A stretch of DNA of 64,000 bases from an uncultured Planctomycetaceae bacterium (GTDB taxonomy: Bacteria; Planctomycetota; Planctomycetia; Pirellulales; Lacipirellulaceae): NCBI GenBank assembly GCA_964549545.1, contig CAZJWY010000001.1, positions 23,122-87,121 of the forward strand, written 5' to 3'. The position numbers were made by a program, and so were the translations under genes. Under the pieces are notes generated by a model. The model ran no database searches. It was not told where the DNA came from and worked only from the letters and a program-made list of their open reading frames with translations. Positions 51,948-63,226 of the stretch are shown in pieces (the first letter of the stretch is position 1; every line of letters starts with the position of its first letter).

Positions 51948-53048
51948 TTGAACTTTCTGCGTGTTCGCGTCGCCTTGGCGGCCATTCCGCAGGCCGCTAG
52001 GAGTGCCGCGATTCGTCCCTATCCGCAAGAAACCTTGCTCATTGGCGCCCTTCCTGAGATTACGGGCGAGCGCGTGCTATGCACTTCCCCCGGCGTCGCC
52101 CAGTTTGCGGGGGCGGCGGCGCAGGCTCTGCCCCGTGCCGTGGTTTCGTGTGTCTATCTTGACTTGTACCGGGCGAATTTAGCACAAGAGCATTGGCAAG
52201 AAGCACTGCCCAATCTGCGTATTGTTTGTGGCACCGACCTGCCTGAAGGGGAAGTCGACATCGTTGCCCTGCCCTTGGCTGCTGCAGGAGAAGCCGAGCT
52301 TTCGCGCGAGTTAATCCAGACTGGTCACCAAAGGTTGCGCATAGGCGGCAAGATGTTTGTGTCAACAGACAATCGCAAAGATACGTGGCTGCGAGACCAG
52401 CTAGGTGACGTGTTCCGCAAGTTGGAGCATCGGCCGTCGTCGAAAGGAGTTCTGTATGTTGGAACGAAAACAGAGCCGCTCAAACGGCCCCGGAACTTCT
52501 CCTGCGAATTTGTCTTTCGCGATCAGGAACGTTTGATTCGCGCGTACAGTCGGCCTGGCGTTTTTTCTCATCGAGCCGTCGATGTTGGTGCGCGGCACTT
52601 GATGAACGAGATGCAGGTCGATGCCGGTGCGCGGGTGCTCGATATTGGCTGTGGTTCGGCCACTGTCGCGCTCGCGGCTGCCTGTCGTGCCGAGGGGGTG
52701 ACGGTCCACGCCATCGACTCCAATGCTCGGGCCGTTCAATGTGCTGCGCACGGCGCTGAATTAAACGGCCTTAGTACTGTGACGACCGAGTTGAACGCCA
52801 CCGGCAGCTACCAGGGCTCTAGTTCCTACGACCTGGCATTGGCGAATCCGCCGTACTATGCGAGTTTCCGCATCGCTGAGCATTTTTTGCTCGCGGGCAG
52901 AGAGGCATTGCGACCCGGAGGCACGATTCTCGTCGTGACCAAGCATCCAGTCTGGTACGATGAATATATGCCGCATTGGTACAACCAAGTGACCGCAACC
53001 GAGCGCAAGGGCTACCACATTATTCGTGGCATTCGTCCCGCCAAGTAA
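51948..53048 (+). CDS. Two-domain class I SAM-dependent methyltransferase (RsmC/RlmG-like)
   Basis: VLDIGCGSATVAL (SAM motif I) and LANPPYY (NPPY motif IV). Start codon uncertain. Confidence 0.75.
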   Translation: MNFLRVRVALAAIPQAARSAAIRPYPQETLLIGALPEITGERVLCTSPGVAQFAGAAAQALPRAVVSCVYLDLYRANLAQEHWQEALPNLRIVCGTDLPEGEVDIVALPLAAAGEAELSRELIQTGHQRLRIGGKMFVSTDNRKDTWLRDQLGDVFRKLEHRPSSKGVLYVGTKTEPLKRPRNFSCEFVFRDQERLIRAYSRPGVFSHRAVDVGARHLMNEMQVDAGARVLDIGCGSATVALAAACRAEGVTVHAIDSNARAVQCAAHGAELNGLSTVTTELNATGSYQGSSSYDLALANPPYYASFRIAEHFLLAGREALRPGGTILVVTKHPVWYDEYMPHWYNQVTATERKGYHIIRGIRPAK

Positions 53049-53115
53049 GCCGCCGCCGTTCGCGCCACGCCCTTCGAAGACTCAGGGCGTGCCACCCGGG
53101 AATTCCCGGACGGCT

Positions 53116-54069
53116 TCACTTCTCTTGCAAGTGAAACTTCTTGAGAACTGCGTCGCGGTCGAAGTTCTTCGGCGGCTGCTCATCGTGGTTGGCCTCCATG
53201 TCGGCCATGGTTTTCGGCCGATCGCCAACGCCGCCGGACGGCACGTTGACTTTTGCGGCCCATGCAATTGCGTTAAGCACAAGCTTGCGGAAGTTGGGGT
53301 CAGACCAGTTCCAATGAAAGTGGGCCCCCGTGAAGCCAAAACCGCGGCCGCCATCTGGCCGCTCTGTAGCCCAGGCCATGTGTTGCTCTTCACCGCGCGC
53401 GATTGCGGCGCGAACGGCCGGATTGCCGGCATGCGGGTCATCGGGTCGGGAAAGCGACTCCTTGGGCGGCAGGGCGGTCAGGATCGGTGTAACGCCTTTC
53501 ATGCCGTCGCGGAATCGCATGTGATAGTACCATTCGTCTTCAATCTCGAACGGCTTTACGCCGCGAGTGATTGGGTGCTCAGGCAACTTGGTATAGTTGG
53601 CAACCCAATGTGGATTGACAGACCAATCGGTTTCAAAGTAACCGCCGATCCAATCCAGGAACTTATTGCCGGCCGGTCCCTTAGGCACTTCAACCGCGTA
53701 GTGCAGGCAAACGATGCCCACTCCTTTCTTAGCGAGTGCGTCGAGTTCGTCCAGGTGGGCATTGACCATGTGGCCAGGGCCCCCGTCGCCGTACATGACA
53801 ATGCAATCGACGTCGTCGAAGATTTTGAGATCGGTCGGCCAATCGTAGTGATAAACTTGGCTCTCGATCGACAAGCCGCTCTCGTTTAGCGATTTCGACA
53901 GCAACATGCAGCCGGCCAGGTGATCATGCGCGCCGTAGCCGTGGCTCGGTTTTCCTGTGAGGAACAAGACTTTGTGCTTGCCCGTGGCTTTATCAATGGC
54001 CAATAAGCCTGGAGTTGCGACGCAAAGTAGGAGCAGCGCGCAGACGAACGAAAGGGAGCGTGATCTCAT
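53116..54069 (-). CDS. ThuA-domain protein, secreted
   Basis: Signal peptide MRSRSLSFVCALLLLCVATPGLLA at the internal ATG 54069. The ORF-track N-terminal extension to 54453 overlaps the next gene and is Arg-rich junk. Confidence 0.8.
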   Translation of the reverse strand: MRSRSLSFVCALLLLCVATPGLLAIDKATGKHKVLFLTGKPSHGYGAHDHLAGCMLLSKSLNESGLSIESQVYHYDWPTDLKIFDDVDCIVMYGDGGPGHMVNAHLDELDALAKKGVGIVCLHYAVEVPKGPAGNKFLDWIGGYFETDWSVNPHWVANYTKLPEHPITRGVKPFEIEDEWYYHMRFRDGMKGVTPILTALPPKESLSRPDDPHAGNPAVRAAIARGEEQHMAWATERPDGGRGFGFTGAHFHWNWSDPNFRKLVLNAIAWAAKVNVPSGGVGDRPKTMADMEANHDEQPPKNFDRDAVLKKFHLQEK

Positions 54070-54083
54070 TATGTTTTTCCTGG

Positions 54084-54737
54084 TCACACGACTTCCGCTC
54101 CGCAGTGATCGCAGAAGCGAGCGTCGCGCAGATTGGAGTCGCCGCAATGGGAGCAGCGTTTTGTTTTGGCAAACGGCATGCCACACTGACGGCAGAAATT
54201 GGCAGAGGATTCGTTCTTGGTTCCACATTTCTGACAATGAAGCGATTCCATCGATCGAACATCGCGGAGGCCTTCGCCGATGGCGGAGGCAACTTCGCGG
54301 ATCGAACCTTTCGTTCCGTCGACCATATAGTTGGTAGTGTCTTTGGCAACGGGCGCGGTTTCGCCAGCGATGTAGCGAGCAATGGAACCTAAGTACGCGA
54401 ACTTCGAGATCCCGATGCCGGTTGCGAGGAGTGGTAGCCCGACAAACGCGCACCAGAAATAGCGAGGCGGTTGAAAGGAACCAAATGCGGAAAAGAAGCT
54501 GACCATTCCGACCGCCGTGAAAACCAGGCCTAGCATTGCGAGCGCCGGCCCCAACGTTCGTAAATAATTCCGCACATCGTTGTGGTCAGGACCATGCAAG
54601 TCGTTCATGATCGCCTCTTCTACTCGGGTTGAATCTAAATCCAGAATAACGGCGCGCAACATGAGCGCACAGCCGTCCCTAACCTTGTATTCGTCGGCGA
54701 CGGACCAGTATTGGGGGAGAATTAGTGAGCGTTCCAC
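54084..54737 (-). CDS. Membrane protein with C-terminal double zinc ribbon
   Basis: Two TM helices (LGPALAMLGLVFTAVGMVSFF; FVGLPLLATGIGI), then CQKCG...CRQCG...CSHCG...CDHCG. The start may be the internal MNDLHG. Confidence 0.65.
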   Translation of the reverse strand: MERSLILPQYWSVADEYKVRDGCALMLRAVILDLDSTRVEEAIMNDLHGPDHNDVRNYLRTLGPALAMLGLVFTAVGMVSFFSAFGSFQPPRYFWCAFVGLPLLATGIGISKFAYLGSIARYIAGETAPVAKDTTNYMVDGTKGSIREVASAIGEGLRDVRSMESLHCQKCGTKNESSANFCRQCGMPFAKTKRCSHCGDSNLRDARFCDHCGAEVV

Positions 54738-54772
54738 ATTGCGGGAGTGGCTTATTTGAGGCAGTTTTCGTG

Positions 54773-57022
54773 CTAACTATCCTCCAACCTGTTGGCCAAG
54801 CAAGCGGCAACGATGCGGATACGTTCATAACCAATGCGGCCTTGCAGGGCCTCATAAACAGGCTTCAACCGCTCGCCGCCGGTTTGACGGAGGGCCGCTT
54901 CGATTTCAACTACCTCGTCTGAGGCAATCCAACGACTGGCATCTGTGACGCGTCGCTGGCGAATGTAAGCATCGAGATAGCCATACGTGGTCGAGATCGC
55001 CCGGCCAAGTCGCTCGACCACCTCTTCGATGCCAAGGCCTTCGTCGAATAGCGGAAATGCTTTGAGCGCGCTCGCGGATAAATCGAGCGGCGCTTGGCTA
55101 GCTGCTTTTACTTTAATGGGCTCGGGCTGAACATCCAGCGAGATATCATTTTCCTGACAATAAGTGGTGATACACGCGACAAACTGCTGACCGAAATCAG
55201 CGGCCTTCTTCTCGCCCACGCCGACCACCTCCGGGAATCGTTCGAGAGTGGAAGGGCGGCGGCGGGCCATGTCGCGGAGTGTGGCGTCGCTGAACACGAT
55301 GTAGGAGGGCACGCTTCGTTTATGAGCCTCGTCGCGTCGCAGTTGACGCAGTGTATCGAACAGGCCGCGATCGACGCCGTCCCAGGAGTCGGCTGCTGCC
55401 GTAGCCGATGCCTGGGCTTCCTTCGCAGGACGAAGCAACGTCGGCGTTACCTCGCCGGCAAGCAGTTGCCTTCCCGCATTGGTCAACTTGACCAGATTGT
55501 ACTCGCCTTCTTTCAAAAGAAATCCTTGGCCGACGAGTTGTTCGATCCACTGGCGAACCTGTTGTTTGGGGTACTCCTTCAATAGCCCCCAGGTGCTCAA
55601 TTGATCGTGTTGAGCTGCGACGATTCGTTGCTCGCGCGAGCCGGTAAGCACCAACGCGACGTAGTCGGCACCGTAGTTTTCTCGCACGCGCGCCACACAG
55701 GACAAAATCTTCTGGCCAAGAACGAGCGGATCATCCATCACTTCCAGTTTGCCAAGACAGACATCGCAGGCGTTACAAGGCCCGTAGGTCCAAGGTTGGC
55801 CAAAATGCTCGATAAGGCTGGCGTGTCGGCAACGGACCGATTTGGCATAGAGATCGATTTTTTCGAGCGCGGCCTCGGCCGTGCTGCGTGCTTCGCCGGG
55901 CGTACGTTCGTTGAGTCGCTTCCAGGTCATGGTATCGCGGCCTGAGAAGAGCAACCAGCACTCGGCCTCGACGCCGTCCCGCCCTGCCCGGCCGCTTTCC
56001 TGCTGGTAATTCTCTAGCGACTTGGGCATGCCGCAATGGATAACATAGCGGACATTCGACTTATCGATTCCCATACCGAACGCGATCGTGGCCACGATCG
56101 TATCGACCTGCTCGGTCAGAAAGGCCTCTTGGTTGCGGATGCGTTCTTCGTCGCTCAGCCCAGCATGATACGGCAGTGCGGAGTAACCCATTTCGCCGAG
56201 CGCGGCACTCGTCCGATCGACCTCGGCCCGCGTAATGCAATAAACAATGCCAGATTGGCCCCGAAAACGATCGATAATGCTACAAACCTGACCAAGCCCG
56301 CGCTGACGGGGAGCCACATGGTATTGCAGATTGGGGCGACGAAAATCGCCGACGAGCACGGAAGGCTCGCGTAATCCTAATTGCAGGGCAATATCCTGGC
56401 GAACCTCCTCGGTGGCGGTGGCCGTAAAAGCATGGATCGACGCGTCAGGAAAACTGTCGCGAAGTCGGCGGAGGCCACGATACTCGGGGCGGAAGTCGTG
56501 CCCCCAGGCGCTAATGCAATGGGCTTCGTCGATCGCGAAAAAGGAGATGTGCTGGTTTTGAAGAAACTCGATCGTTCGAGGCGCGACCAGCCGTTCAGGC
56601 GACATATAGAGCAGTCGCAACTGCCCGGTTTCCACTTGCTGGGCAATCTGCCGCTTTTCGTCGAGCGAGAGTGTGCTGTTCACGGCGGCGGCGGCGATGC
56701 CGCATGTCTGGAGCGCGTCCACCTGGTCCTTCATCAGCGCCAAGAGAGGCGAAATGACGACCGCGAGCCCTTCACGACACAAAGCGGGAGCTTGGAAACA
56801 CAGCGACTTGCCGCCACCGGTCGGCATCACGACCAGCGAATCGCGACTTTCCATCACACACTGCATGGCTTCGTGCTGAAGCGGCAGGTAGTCGTCAAAG
56901 CCCCAATAGGTTTTGAGCGCATGCAGCAACGAGTCATGTCGCACCGTTTCGGCTGGCTGTGCGATGCGAGTGCTATGTATCTGGGTTGACGTTGGTGACA
57001 TCGGCATTAGAGAATGCTTCAA
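54773..57022 (-). CDS. recQ: ATP-dependent DNA helicase RecQ
   Basis: PTGGGKSLCFQ, DEAHCISAWGHDFRPEY, Zn-binding CxxC cluster, HRDC-like region and C-terminal extension. Confidence 0.95.
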   Translation of the reverse strand: MKHSLMPMSPTSTQIHSTRIAQPAETVRHDSLLHALKTYWGFDDYLPLQHEAMQCVMESRDSLVVMPTGGGKSLCFQAPALCREGLAVVISPLLALMKDQVDALQTCGIAAAAVNSTLSLDEKRQIAQQVETGQLRLLYMSPERLVAPRTIEFLQNQHISFFAIDEAHCISAWGHDFRPEYRGLRRLRDSFPDASIHAFTATATEEVRQDIALQLGLREPSVLVGDFRRPNLQYHVAPRQRGLGQVCSIIDRFRGQSGIVYCITRAEVDRTSAALGEMGYSALPYHAGLSDEERIRNQEAFLTEQVDTIVATIAFGMGIDKSNVRYVIHCGMPKSLENYQQESGRAGRDGVEAECWLLFSGRDTMTWKRLNERTPGEARSTAEAALEKIDLYAKSVRCRHASLIEHFGQPWTYGPCNACDVCLGKLEVMDDPLVLGQKILSCVARVRENYGADYVALVLTGSREQRIVAAQHDQLSTWGLLKEYPKQQVRQWIEQLVGQGFLLKEGEYNLVKLTNAGRQLLAGEVTPTLLRPAKEAQASATAAADSWDGVDRGLFDTLRQLRRDEAHKRSVPSYIVFSDATLRDMARRRPSTLERFPEVVGVGEKKAADFGQQFVACITTYCQENDISLDVQPEPIKVKAASQAPLDLSASALKAFPLFDEGLGIEEVVERLGRAISTTYGYLDAYIRQRRVTDASRWIASDEVVEIEAALRQTGGERLKPVYEALQGRIGYERIRIVAACLANRLEDS

Positions 57023-57144
57023 AAGGTAGCCTGTGGCGGCGAATGCTCCTTAAGTGTACATGATTCGATAATGATGAAGTAAGCAGCAGGCGTCCACTTT
57101 TCGATTGGCGATTGACTTCGTCTCACGCGTTTCGGTTGTCGCGT

Positions 57145-58647
57145 ATGCCATCTACGAAATATCTGCTTGCTCTGGATCAGGGTACGACCTCGTCGCGAGC
57201 GATCATCTTTGACAGCAGCGGCGAAATTGTCGCATTGGCTCAACGAGAATTCAAGCAACATTATCCTAAGCCCGGCTGGGTAGAACACGACGCCGAGGAG
57301 ATTTGGGCGAGCCAGCGCGAGGTGGCCTGCGAAGCCGTCGCAAGGGCTGGCGTCCAATCATCTGATCTGGCTGCAATCGGGATTACGAATCAGCGCGAGA
57401 CGGTCATCGTATGGGATCGATCGACCGGCAAGCCGATCCAACAGGCGATCGTCTGGCAGGATCGACGCACGGCCGATGTTTGCGATCGACTGCGATCGGA
57501 TGGTCGAGAGGCGATGGTCCACGAGAAGACCGGGCTGTTGCTCGATCCTTATTTCAGTGCGACGAAAGTCGCTTGGATTCTGGAGCATGTGCCGGGCGCT
57601 CGTGTCGCGGCCGAAGCGGGGCAACTCGCGTGTGGTACGGTCGATTCCTGGTTGATCTATCGATTGACCGAAGGCAAGGTTCATGTTACCGACGCATCGA
57701 ATGCGTCACGCACATTGCTAATGAATATCCACACCGGGCAGTGGGACGATGAACTGCTCCAGTGCTTCGGCGTGCCTCGCTCAATGTTGCCGGAGATTCG
57801 GTCGTCGAGCGAAGTGTATGGAGAAATTGCCTCGGTGCCTGAGTTGGCCGGAGTACCTATCGCCGGAGCGGCCGGCGACCAGCAGTCAGCGTTGTTTGGC
57901 CAAGCGTGCTTTCAGCCGGGGCTTGCTAAGAACACGTATGGCACTGGTTGCTTCATGCTCATGAACACAGGCGACAAGCCGGTCGACTCCAGCAATCGGC
58001 TGCTTACGACGGTTGCCTGGAACATCAACGGACGTGCTGAATATGCGTTGGAGGGTGGCGTATTCGTAGGCGGCGCGGTGGTCTCGTGGCTTCGCGACGG
58101 ACTGGGAATCATTAAGTCGTCGGCTCAGGTCGAGGAACTTGCCCGCTCGGTATCGGATAACGGCGGCATTTATGTTGTGCCGGCGTTCGCAGGCCTTGGT
58201 GCGCCGCATTGGGACCCGTACGCTCGCGGGGCGATTGTCGGCATCACTCGCGGAACGACAGCCGGGCACATCGCACGCGCGGCCATCGAAAGCATTGCGC
58301 TCCAAGTTGCGGATCTGGCGGATTCCATGCGGAGCGATGCCGACGATTCACTGGCTGAGTTACGCGTGGACGGCGGAGCGGCCGTGAACGACGGTCTGCT
58401 GCAATATCAGGCCGACATTATGCAACTTCCTGTTGTTCGGCCGAAGGTGACGGAGACAACCGCGCTAGGCGCGGCCTATCTCGCAGGCCTGGCGGCGGGA
58501 GTGTGGAAAGCTCGCGATGAAATCGCCGGGTACTGGCAGGTCGACCGCCGCTTCGAGCCGAAAATGTTACGCGATGAAGCGCAATCGATTCGAGCACGGT
58601 GGCACGATGCAGTTGAGCGATCCAAAGGTTGGGCAAAAGAAGGGTGA
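57145..58647 (+). CDS. glpK: Glycerol kinase
   Basis: [30 protein letters not shown], ...[10 protein letters not shown]... Confidence 0.95.
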   Translation: MPSTKYLLALDQGTTSSRAIIFDSSGEIVALAQREFKQHYPKPGWVEHDAEEIWASQREVACEAVARAGVQSSDLAAIGITNQRETVIVWDRSTGKPIQQAIVWQDRRTADVCDRLRSDGREAMVHEKTGLLLDPYFSATKVAWILEHVPGARVAAEAGQLACGTVDSWLIYRLTEGKVHVTDASNASRTLLMNIHTGQWDDELLQCFGVPRSMLPEIRSSSEVYGEIASVPELAGVPIAGAAGDQQSALFGQACFQPGLAKNTYGTGCFMLMNTGDKPVDSSNRLLTTVAWNINGRAEYALEGGVFVGGAVVSWLRDGLGIIKSSAQVEELARSVSDNGGIYVVPAFAGLGAPHWDPYARGAIVGITRGTTAGHIARAAIESIALQVADLADSMRSDADDSLAELRVDGGAAVNDGLLQYQADIMQLPVVRPKVTETTALGAAYLAGLAAGVWKARDEIAGYWQVDRRFEPKMLRDEAQSIRARWHDAVERSKGWAKEG

Positions 58648-58654
58648 GTTGTAC

Positions 58655-59422
58655 GTGGATATCAATACCAAGCAGTATCTGGCGGAATTTATCGGCACGG
58701 CAATTCTGGTGCTACTCGGTAACGGCGTCGTCGCGAACGTCGTGCTGCCGAAGACGAAGGGACATGCGTCGGGGTGGATCGTAATTGCGTTCGGTTGGGG
58801 AATGGCGGTGTTCGTGGCCGTATGGTGCGTGAAGGCCGTGAGCGGAGCACATCTCAACCCGGCCGTGACATTCGCGCTCGCTCTGACCGGCCCCTTCTCG
58901 TGGTCCCTCGTACCGGGGTTTGTTATTGCTCAGCTTTGCGGCGCGATCCTTGGCGCCGTATTCGTGTATCTGGTCTACCGAGACCATTACCTTGCGTCCG
59001 ATGATGGAGACGCAAAACTGGCGACATTTGCTACATCGCCCGCGATTCGCAATCTTCCCAGCAACTTATTGAGTGAGGTCGTGGGTACGTTCGTGCTTAT
59101 CTTCGCCGTGTTGTTGGCCGCCGAGCCGATCATTGTCCAAAGTGAGGCGGCTGATCCCGCCCAGCCAGGACTAAAGATCGGTTTGGGTACGCTCGGCGCT
59201 CTTCCCGTCGGCCTGCTGGTGTTGTCAATCGGCTTGTCGCTTGGTGGAACAACAGGCTACGCCATCAATCCGGCCCGCGACCTGGGGCCACGCATTGTCC
59301 ACGCCCTTTTGCCGATCGCCGGCAAACGCGATAGTGACTGGCGTTACGCGCTCGTGCCCGTTTTCGGCCCGGTAATCGGAGCCATGCTTGCCGTTTTACT
59401 ATGGACTGTTTTTGCATCTTAA
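58655..59422 (+). CDS. glpF: Aquaglyceroporin / glycerol uptake facilitator
   Basis: Two NPA boxes (HLNPAVTF, AINPARDLGPR). Start uncertain: GTG 58655 or ATG 58607, the latter overlapping glpK. Confidence 0.85.
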   Translation: MDINTKQYLAEFIGTAILVLLGNGVVANVVLPKTKGHASGWIVIAFGWGMAVFVAVWCVKAVSGAHLNPAVTFALALTGPFSWSLVPGFVIAQLCGAILGAVFVYLVYRDHYLASDDGDAKLATFATSPAIRNLPSNLLSEVVGTFVLIFAVLLAAEPIIVQSEAADPAQPGLKIGLGTLGALPVGLLVLSIGLSLGGTTGYAINPARDLGPRIVHALLPIAGKRDSDWRYALVPVFGPVIGAMLAVLLWTVFAS

Positions 59423-59588
59423 CGGCGCAGCGTCTTCGCACCTAAATTCGCCGCCGCTTGCGGCTTAGCGCGGCTCAAGTGCCGCAGCCGTAGTGCGGCC
59501 AAAACGTGAGATTCTTCGCAACTGCCGAATGGTGCTGATTGCGGGTATAATTCGAGCATCCGCCTACCTGCACATTCCTGCGAGGCAC

Positions 59589-61775
59589 ATGATGCCTGTC
59601 GCCGACGATCGCCTGCAAACTCGTCGAAGCTTCCGCCGAAAAGTTGGCGTCGTTTTTTACGTCTTCTGCCTGTTCGCGATTAATAGCCGCTCCATCGCGG
59701 ATGATGCGCTCGCGGCAAAGCATTTTCACAGTGTCATTGAGCCGATTCTGGAGAAGTACTGCTATTCCTGCCACGGCTATGGTGAGCGTAAGGGCGGACA
59801 CGCGTTTGACGAGTTAAAGTCGGATGCCGCAATCATTACCGACAAAAAGCTTTGGCTGGCTGTGTCGAAAAATGTCCGGGCCGGTTTGATGCCACCCCGG
59901 GATGAAGATCGGCCGACCGCCGACGAGCAAAAACAATTGCTGGATTGGATTAAGTTCGAGGCATTTGGGATCGATATGACTGACCCGGACCCAGGTCGCG
60001 TGACACTGCGGCGTCTCAATCGAGTCGAGTATCGCAACACGATCCGCGACTTGATGGGAATCGACTACGACACGACGGATGAGTTTCCTGCAGACGACTC
60101 GGGGTATGGATTTGATAATATCGGCGACGCTCTAAGTTTGTCGCCGCTGTTGATGGAAAAATACTTCAATGCGGCCGAGGTGATCGTCGCCGAAGCAGTG
60201 CCAGCGGAAGAAGTGAATGCTCGACTCGTCAAGCAATATAAACAATATCGTCGATTCTTTCCGCGTGGTCCGGTACCCATTGAGCCAGAAAAACGAGATG
60301 CGTATGCTCGCGAAGTGTTGAGCGCGTTTGTTCGAAAAGCATACCGGCGGCCGGTGGATGGTAACACCGTCAATCGATTGGTCGCTTTGGCCATGACGGG
60401 TTACACAACTCCTGGTCAAACATTCGAGGCGAGTATCGGCCGGGCGATGGTTGCAGTCTTGTCTTCGCCTCGGTTCCTGTTTCGTGTAGAAGGTGTCGCT
60501 CCGGGAACAGATGGCCAGCGATTTCCACTGATCGACGAGTACGCGTTGGCGTCTCGCCTCTCTTACTTCCTGTGGTCGACGATGCCGGATCAGGAGTTGA
60601 CTCGGTTGGCCGAGCGAGGGGAACTCTGCAGCAATTTGGCAACGCAGGTTGACCGAATGATGAAGGACCCGAAGTCGAAGGCTCTATCAGAAAACTTTGC
60701 AGGGCAATGGTTGCGGGCTCGGGATATTGAAACGACGGAGATCGAGTCGATCAGCGCTTTAGGGCTCGGGCGTGAGCTGGATCGATTGCAACGCGAGCTG
60801 CGCAGGATGCGCGAGAAGCAAGCTTCCGATGGGAAAGATGCGAAAAGCAAGAAAATGCCAAAAACCATGGACGAAAAAGCGAAGGAGGCAAAGCAAGAGC
60901 CGCGTTGGCAAGAACGTGAAAAGATTCGGGCCGAGCATCGGCGGATCTCCGGTCTGGCCGGCATGTTCAACGTTGATCTACGCCGAGTCATGCATGACGA
61001 AACGATCGCCTATTTCGATTACGTTGTACGTGAGGATCGCGATGTGACCGAATTGATTGACAGTAACTATGCCTTTGTGAATCAGGCTCTCGCAAGGCAC
61101 TACGGCATCGATGGTGTGAAAGGCGACACGATTCGCCGTGTTGAATTACCATCGGACAGCCCACGAGGCGGCATTCTTACTCAAGGGGCAGTGTTGGCGG
61201 TGACGTCGAACCCGACTCGTACATCGCCAGTGAAGCGAGGCTTATTCGTTTTGAACAATATTCTGGGTTATCCCGCGCCGCCTCCGCCGCCACCGAATGT
61301 GCCGACTTTGGAGGCATCGCAAGACTCGACCAAGGGCCGCCAGTTGACCATTCGCGAGTCGCAGGAGCTGCATCGACGCGATCCTTTGTGCCAATCCTGC
61401 CATGCTCGAATGGATCCGCTCGGGTTGGCCATGGAAAACTTTAACGCCATGGGGATGTGGCGAGACACGGAGCAAGATGTACCCATCGATGCTTCTGGCG
61501 AGTTGATGACTGGCGAGAAATTTAACGGAATTCGTGAGCTTAAGGCGATTATCAAGAAGCGGCACAAGCTCGATTTCTATCGCTGCCTGACGGAAAAGTT
61601 GCTTACCTACGCTCTAGGCCGGGGTTTAGAGTATTATGATGAACACACGGTCGACCGGATCGTCGAGCAGCTCGACCGGGAGCACGGCAGGTTCTCGGCC
61701 CTGTTGATGGGAATCGTGGAGTCGGCGCCCTTTCAAAAAGAACGTCGTGCCAAGGTGGTGGCTGAAGCTCGATAA
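59589..61775 (+). CDS. Planctomycete cytochrome-c domain protein (DUF1587/DUF1592/DUF1595/DUF1588/DUF1585-type)
   Basis: Heme motif CYSCHG near the N-terminus. Large conserved architecture, typically paired with DUF1552. CQSCHARMDPLG near the C-terminus. Confidence 0.8.
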   Translation: MMPVADDRLQTRRSFRRKVGVVFYVFCLFAINSRSIADDALAAKHFHSVIEPILEKYCYSCHGYGERKGGHAFDELKSDAAIITDKKLWLAVSKNVRAGLMPPRDEDRPTADEQKQLLDWIKFEAFGIDMTDPDPGRVTLRRLNRVEYRNTIRDLMGIDYDTTDEFPADDSGYGFDNIGDALSLSPLLMEKYFNAAEVIVAEAVPAEEVNARLVKQYKQYRRFFPRGPVPIEPEKRDAYAREVLSAFVRKAYRRPVDGNTVNRLVALAMTGYTTPGQTFEASIGRAMVAVLSSPRFLFRVEGVAPGTDGQRFPLIDEYALASRLSYFLWSTMPDQELTRLAERGELCSNLATQVDRMMKDPKSKALSENFAGQWLRARDIETTEIESISALGLGRELDRLQRELRRMREKQASDGKDAKSKKMPKTMDEKAKEAKQEPRWQEREKIRAEHRRISGLAGMFNVDLRRVMHDETIAYFDYVVREDRDVTELIDSNYAFVNQALARHYGIDGVKGDTIRRVELPSDSPRGGILTQGAVLAVTSNPTRTSPVKRGLFVLNNILGYPAPPPPPPNVPTLEASQDSTKGRQLTIRESQELHRRDPLCQSCHARMDPLGLAMENFNAMGMWRDTEQDVPIDASGELMTGEKFNGIRELKAIIKKRHKLDFYRCLTEKLLTYALGRGLEYYDEHTVDRIVEQLDREHGRFSALLMGIVESAPFQKERRAKVVAEAR

Positions 61776-61807
61776 GCGGCTGTCGCGCGGAGTGCCTCGG
61801 GAACGTT

Positions 61808-63199
61808 GTGAGGTTTGTTGTGGATAAGAATCTCAGTCGACGTGGATTTCTGCGTGGGGTTGGGGCTTGTGTGGCCCTACCGGCCCTGCCTTCTCTTTTG
61901 CCGCGCTGGGCCAAGGCGGCTGATGCTATCGCACCAGGCGCTGGAGCTTCATCGGGCGCGGTGTCAGCATCGGGTGCGCCGCTACGAATGGCGTTTGTCG
62001 CGATTCCCAACGGTGTTAATCTTGCCGAGTGGTGGCCCCAGGGCGAAGGGAAGAAATTCCAATTCGCCTCGACGATGAAGCCGCTTCAGCCGATTAAGGA
62101 CCAGATTCAAGTCATCTCGGGTCTAGACCATATCAATGCCACGGCGGGATCGGACGGCGCCGGCGATCATGCTCGCGCCAACGCCACGCTTCTCACGGGC
62201 TGCCGGGCGAAGAAAACCTCTGGCGTTGATGTTCATGTCGGTACCTCAGTAGATCAAATCGCGGCGCAGCATGTAGGGCATTTGACTCGCTTTCGCTCGC
62301 TCGAACTTACTTGTGAACTAGAACGAAAGTCTGGCAGTTGCGACAGCGACTACGCCTGCGCGTATGAATACAACGTTTCCTGGAGGACCGCCACGTCGCC
62401 CATGCCGCCGGAGTCGAATCCTCGCTTGGTGTTTGAACGGCTCTTCGGACGCGGCACGCCGGAGGAACGTCGCAAGAATATGCAACTACGGCTGCAAACA
62501 AGCCGCTCGATTCTGGACTTCGTTCGCGAGGATGCCCGAGCGCTTGGCCAGGACCTGTCCAAGCATGATGCAGCGAAGTTAGACGAGTACCTCGCAAGCG
62601 TCCGTGAGATCGAGCGACGGCTCGCGAAATTTGGCCAATCAGGCAAGCTTCCCGAGGCCGAGTTGGACGTGCCTGCGAAAGCTCCCAAGGAGTTCGATGA
62701 GCGCATGCAGGTCATGTACGACTTGCTCACACTTGCGTTTCAGACCGATTCCACGCGAATTGCCACCATGATGATTGGTCGCGAAGGCAGCAATCGGTCC
62801 TATCCGCAAATCGGCGTTGCACGTGGCCATCACGATTTGTCACACCATGGCGGAAAGAAAGAAAACTTGGAGATGATCGCTCAGATCGACAGGCATCATG
62901 TGACCTATTTCGGGCGGTTCTTGGCAAAGCTGAATGAACTGCGCGATGCTGATGGCACCTCGATCTTGCACAATTCGATGATTGTCTACACCAGCGGCAA
63001 TGCCGATGGGAATGCTCATTCACATACTAATCTTCCGGTCTTGGTTGCCGGCAGCGCCGGCGGCAAATTGCAAACCGGCCGCTTCCACAAGGTCGCTTCG
63101 ATGCCAATGTCGAACATGTACCTGGAAATGCTTGAACATTTTGGTGTGCATGGCGTCGAGCGATTGGGCGATTCCGATAGCCGGCATGTGTCTATTTGA
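61808..63199 (+). CDS. DUF1552-family protein with Tat signal
   Basis: SRRGFLRGVGACVALPAL twin-arginine signal. Immediately follows the DUF1592-type gene, the canonical pair. Confidence 0.8.
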   Translation: MRFVVDKNLSRRGFLRGVGACVALPALPSLLPRWAKAADAIAPGAGASSGAVSASGAPLRMAFVAIPNGVNLAEWWPQGEGKKFQFASTMKPLQPIKDQIQVISGLDHINATAGSDGAGDHARANATLLTGCRAKKTSGVDVHVGTSVDQIAAQHVGHLTRFRSLELTCELERKSGSCDSDYACAYEYNVSWRTATSPMPPESNPRLVFERLFGRGTPEERRKNMQLRLQTSRSILDFVREDARALGQDLSKHDAAKLDEYLASVREIERRLAKFGQSGKLPEAELDVPAKAPKEFDERMQVMYDLLTLAFQTDSTRIATMMIGREGSNRSYPQIGVARGHHDLSHHGGKKENLEMIAQIDRHHVTYFGRFLAKLNELRDADGTSILHNSMIVYTSGNADGNAHSHTNLPVLVAGSAGGKLQTGRFHKVASMPMSNMYLEMLEHFGVHGVERLGDSDSRHVSI

Positions 63200-63226
63200 C
63201 GGTTGCTGCCCGATCATTTGAGCAGA

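Noticed and set aside
53026-53889. 287-aa plus-strand ORF, and the N-terminal extension of the ThuA ORF to 54453
   Set aside because: The plus ORF is antisense to the ThuA gene. The minus-strand extension upstream of the signal peptide (ATG at 54069) is Arg-rich, overlaps the zinc-ribbon membrane protein gene and lacks any domain.
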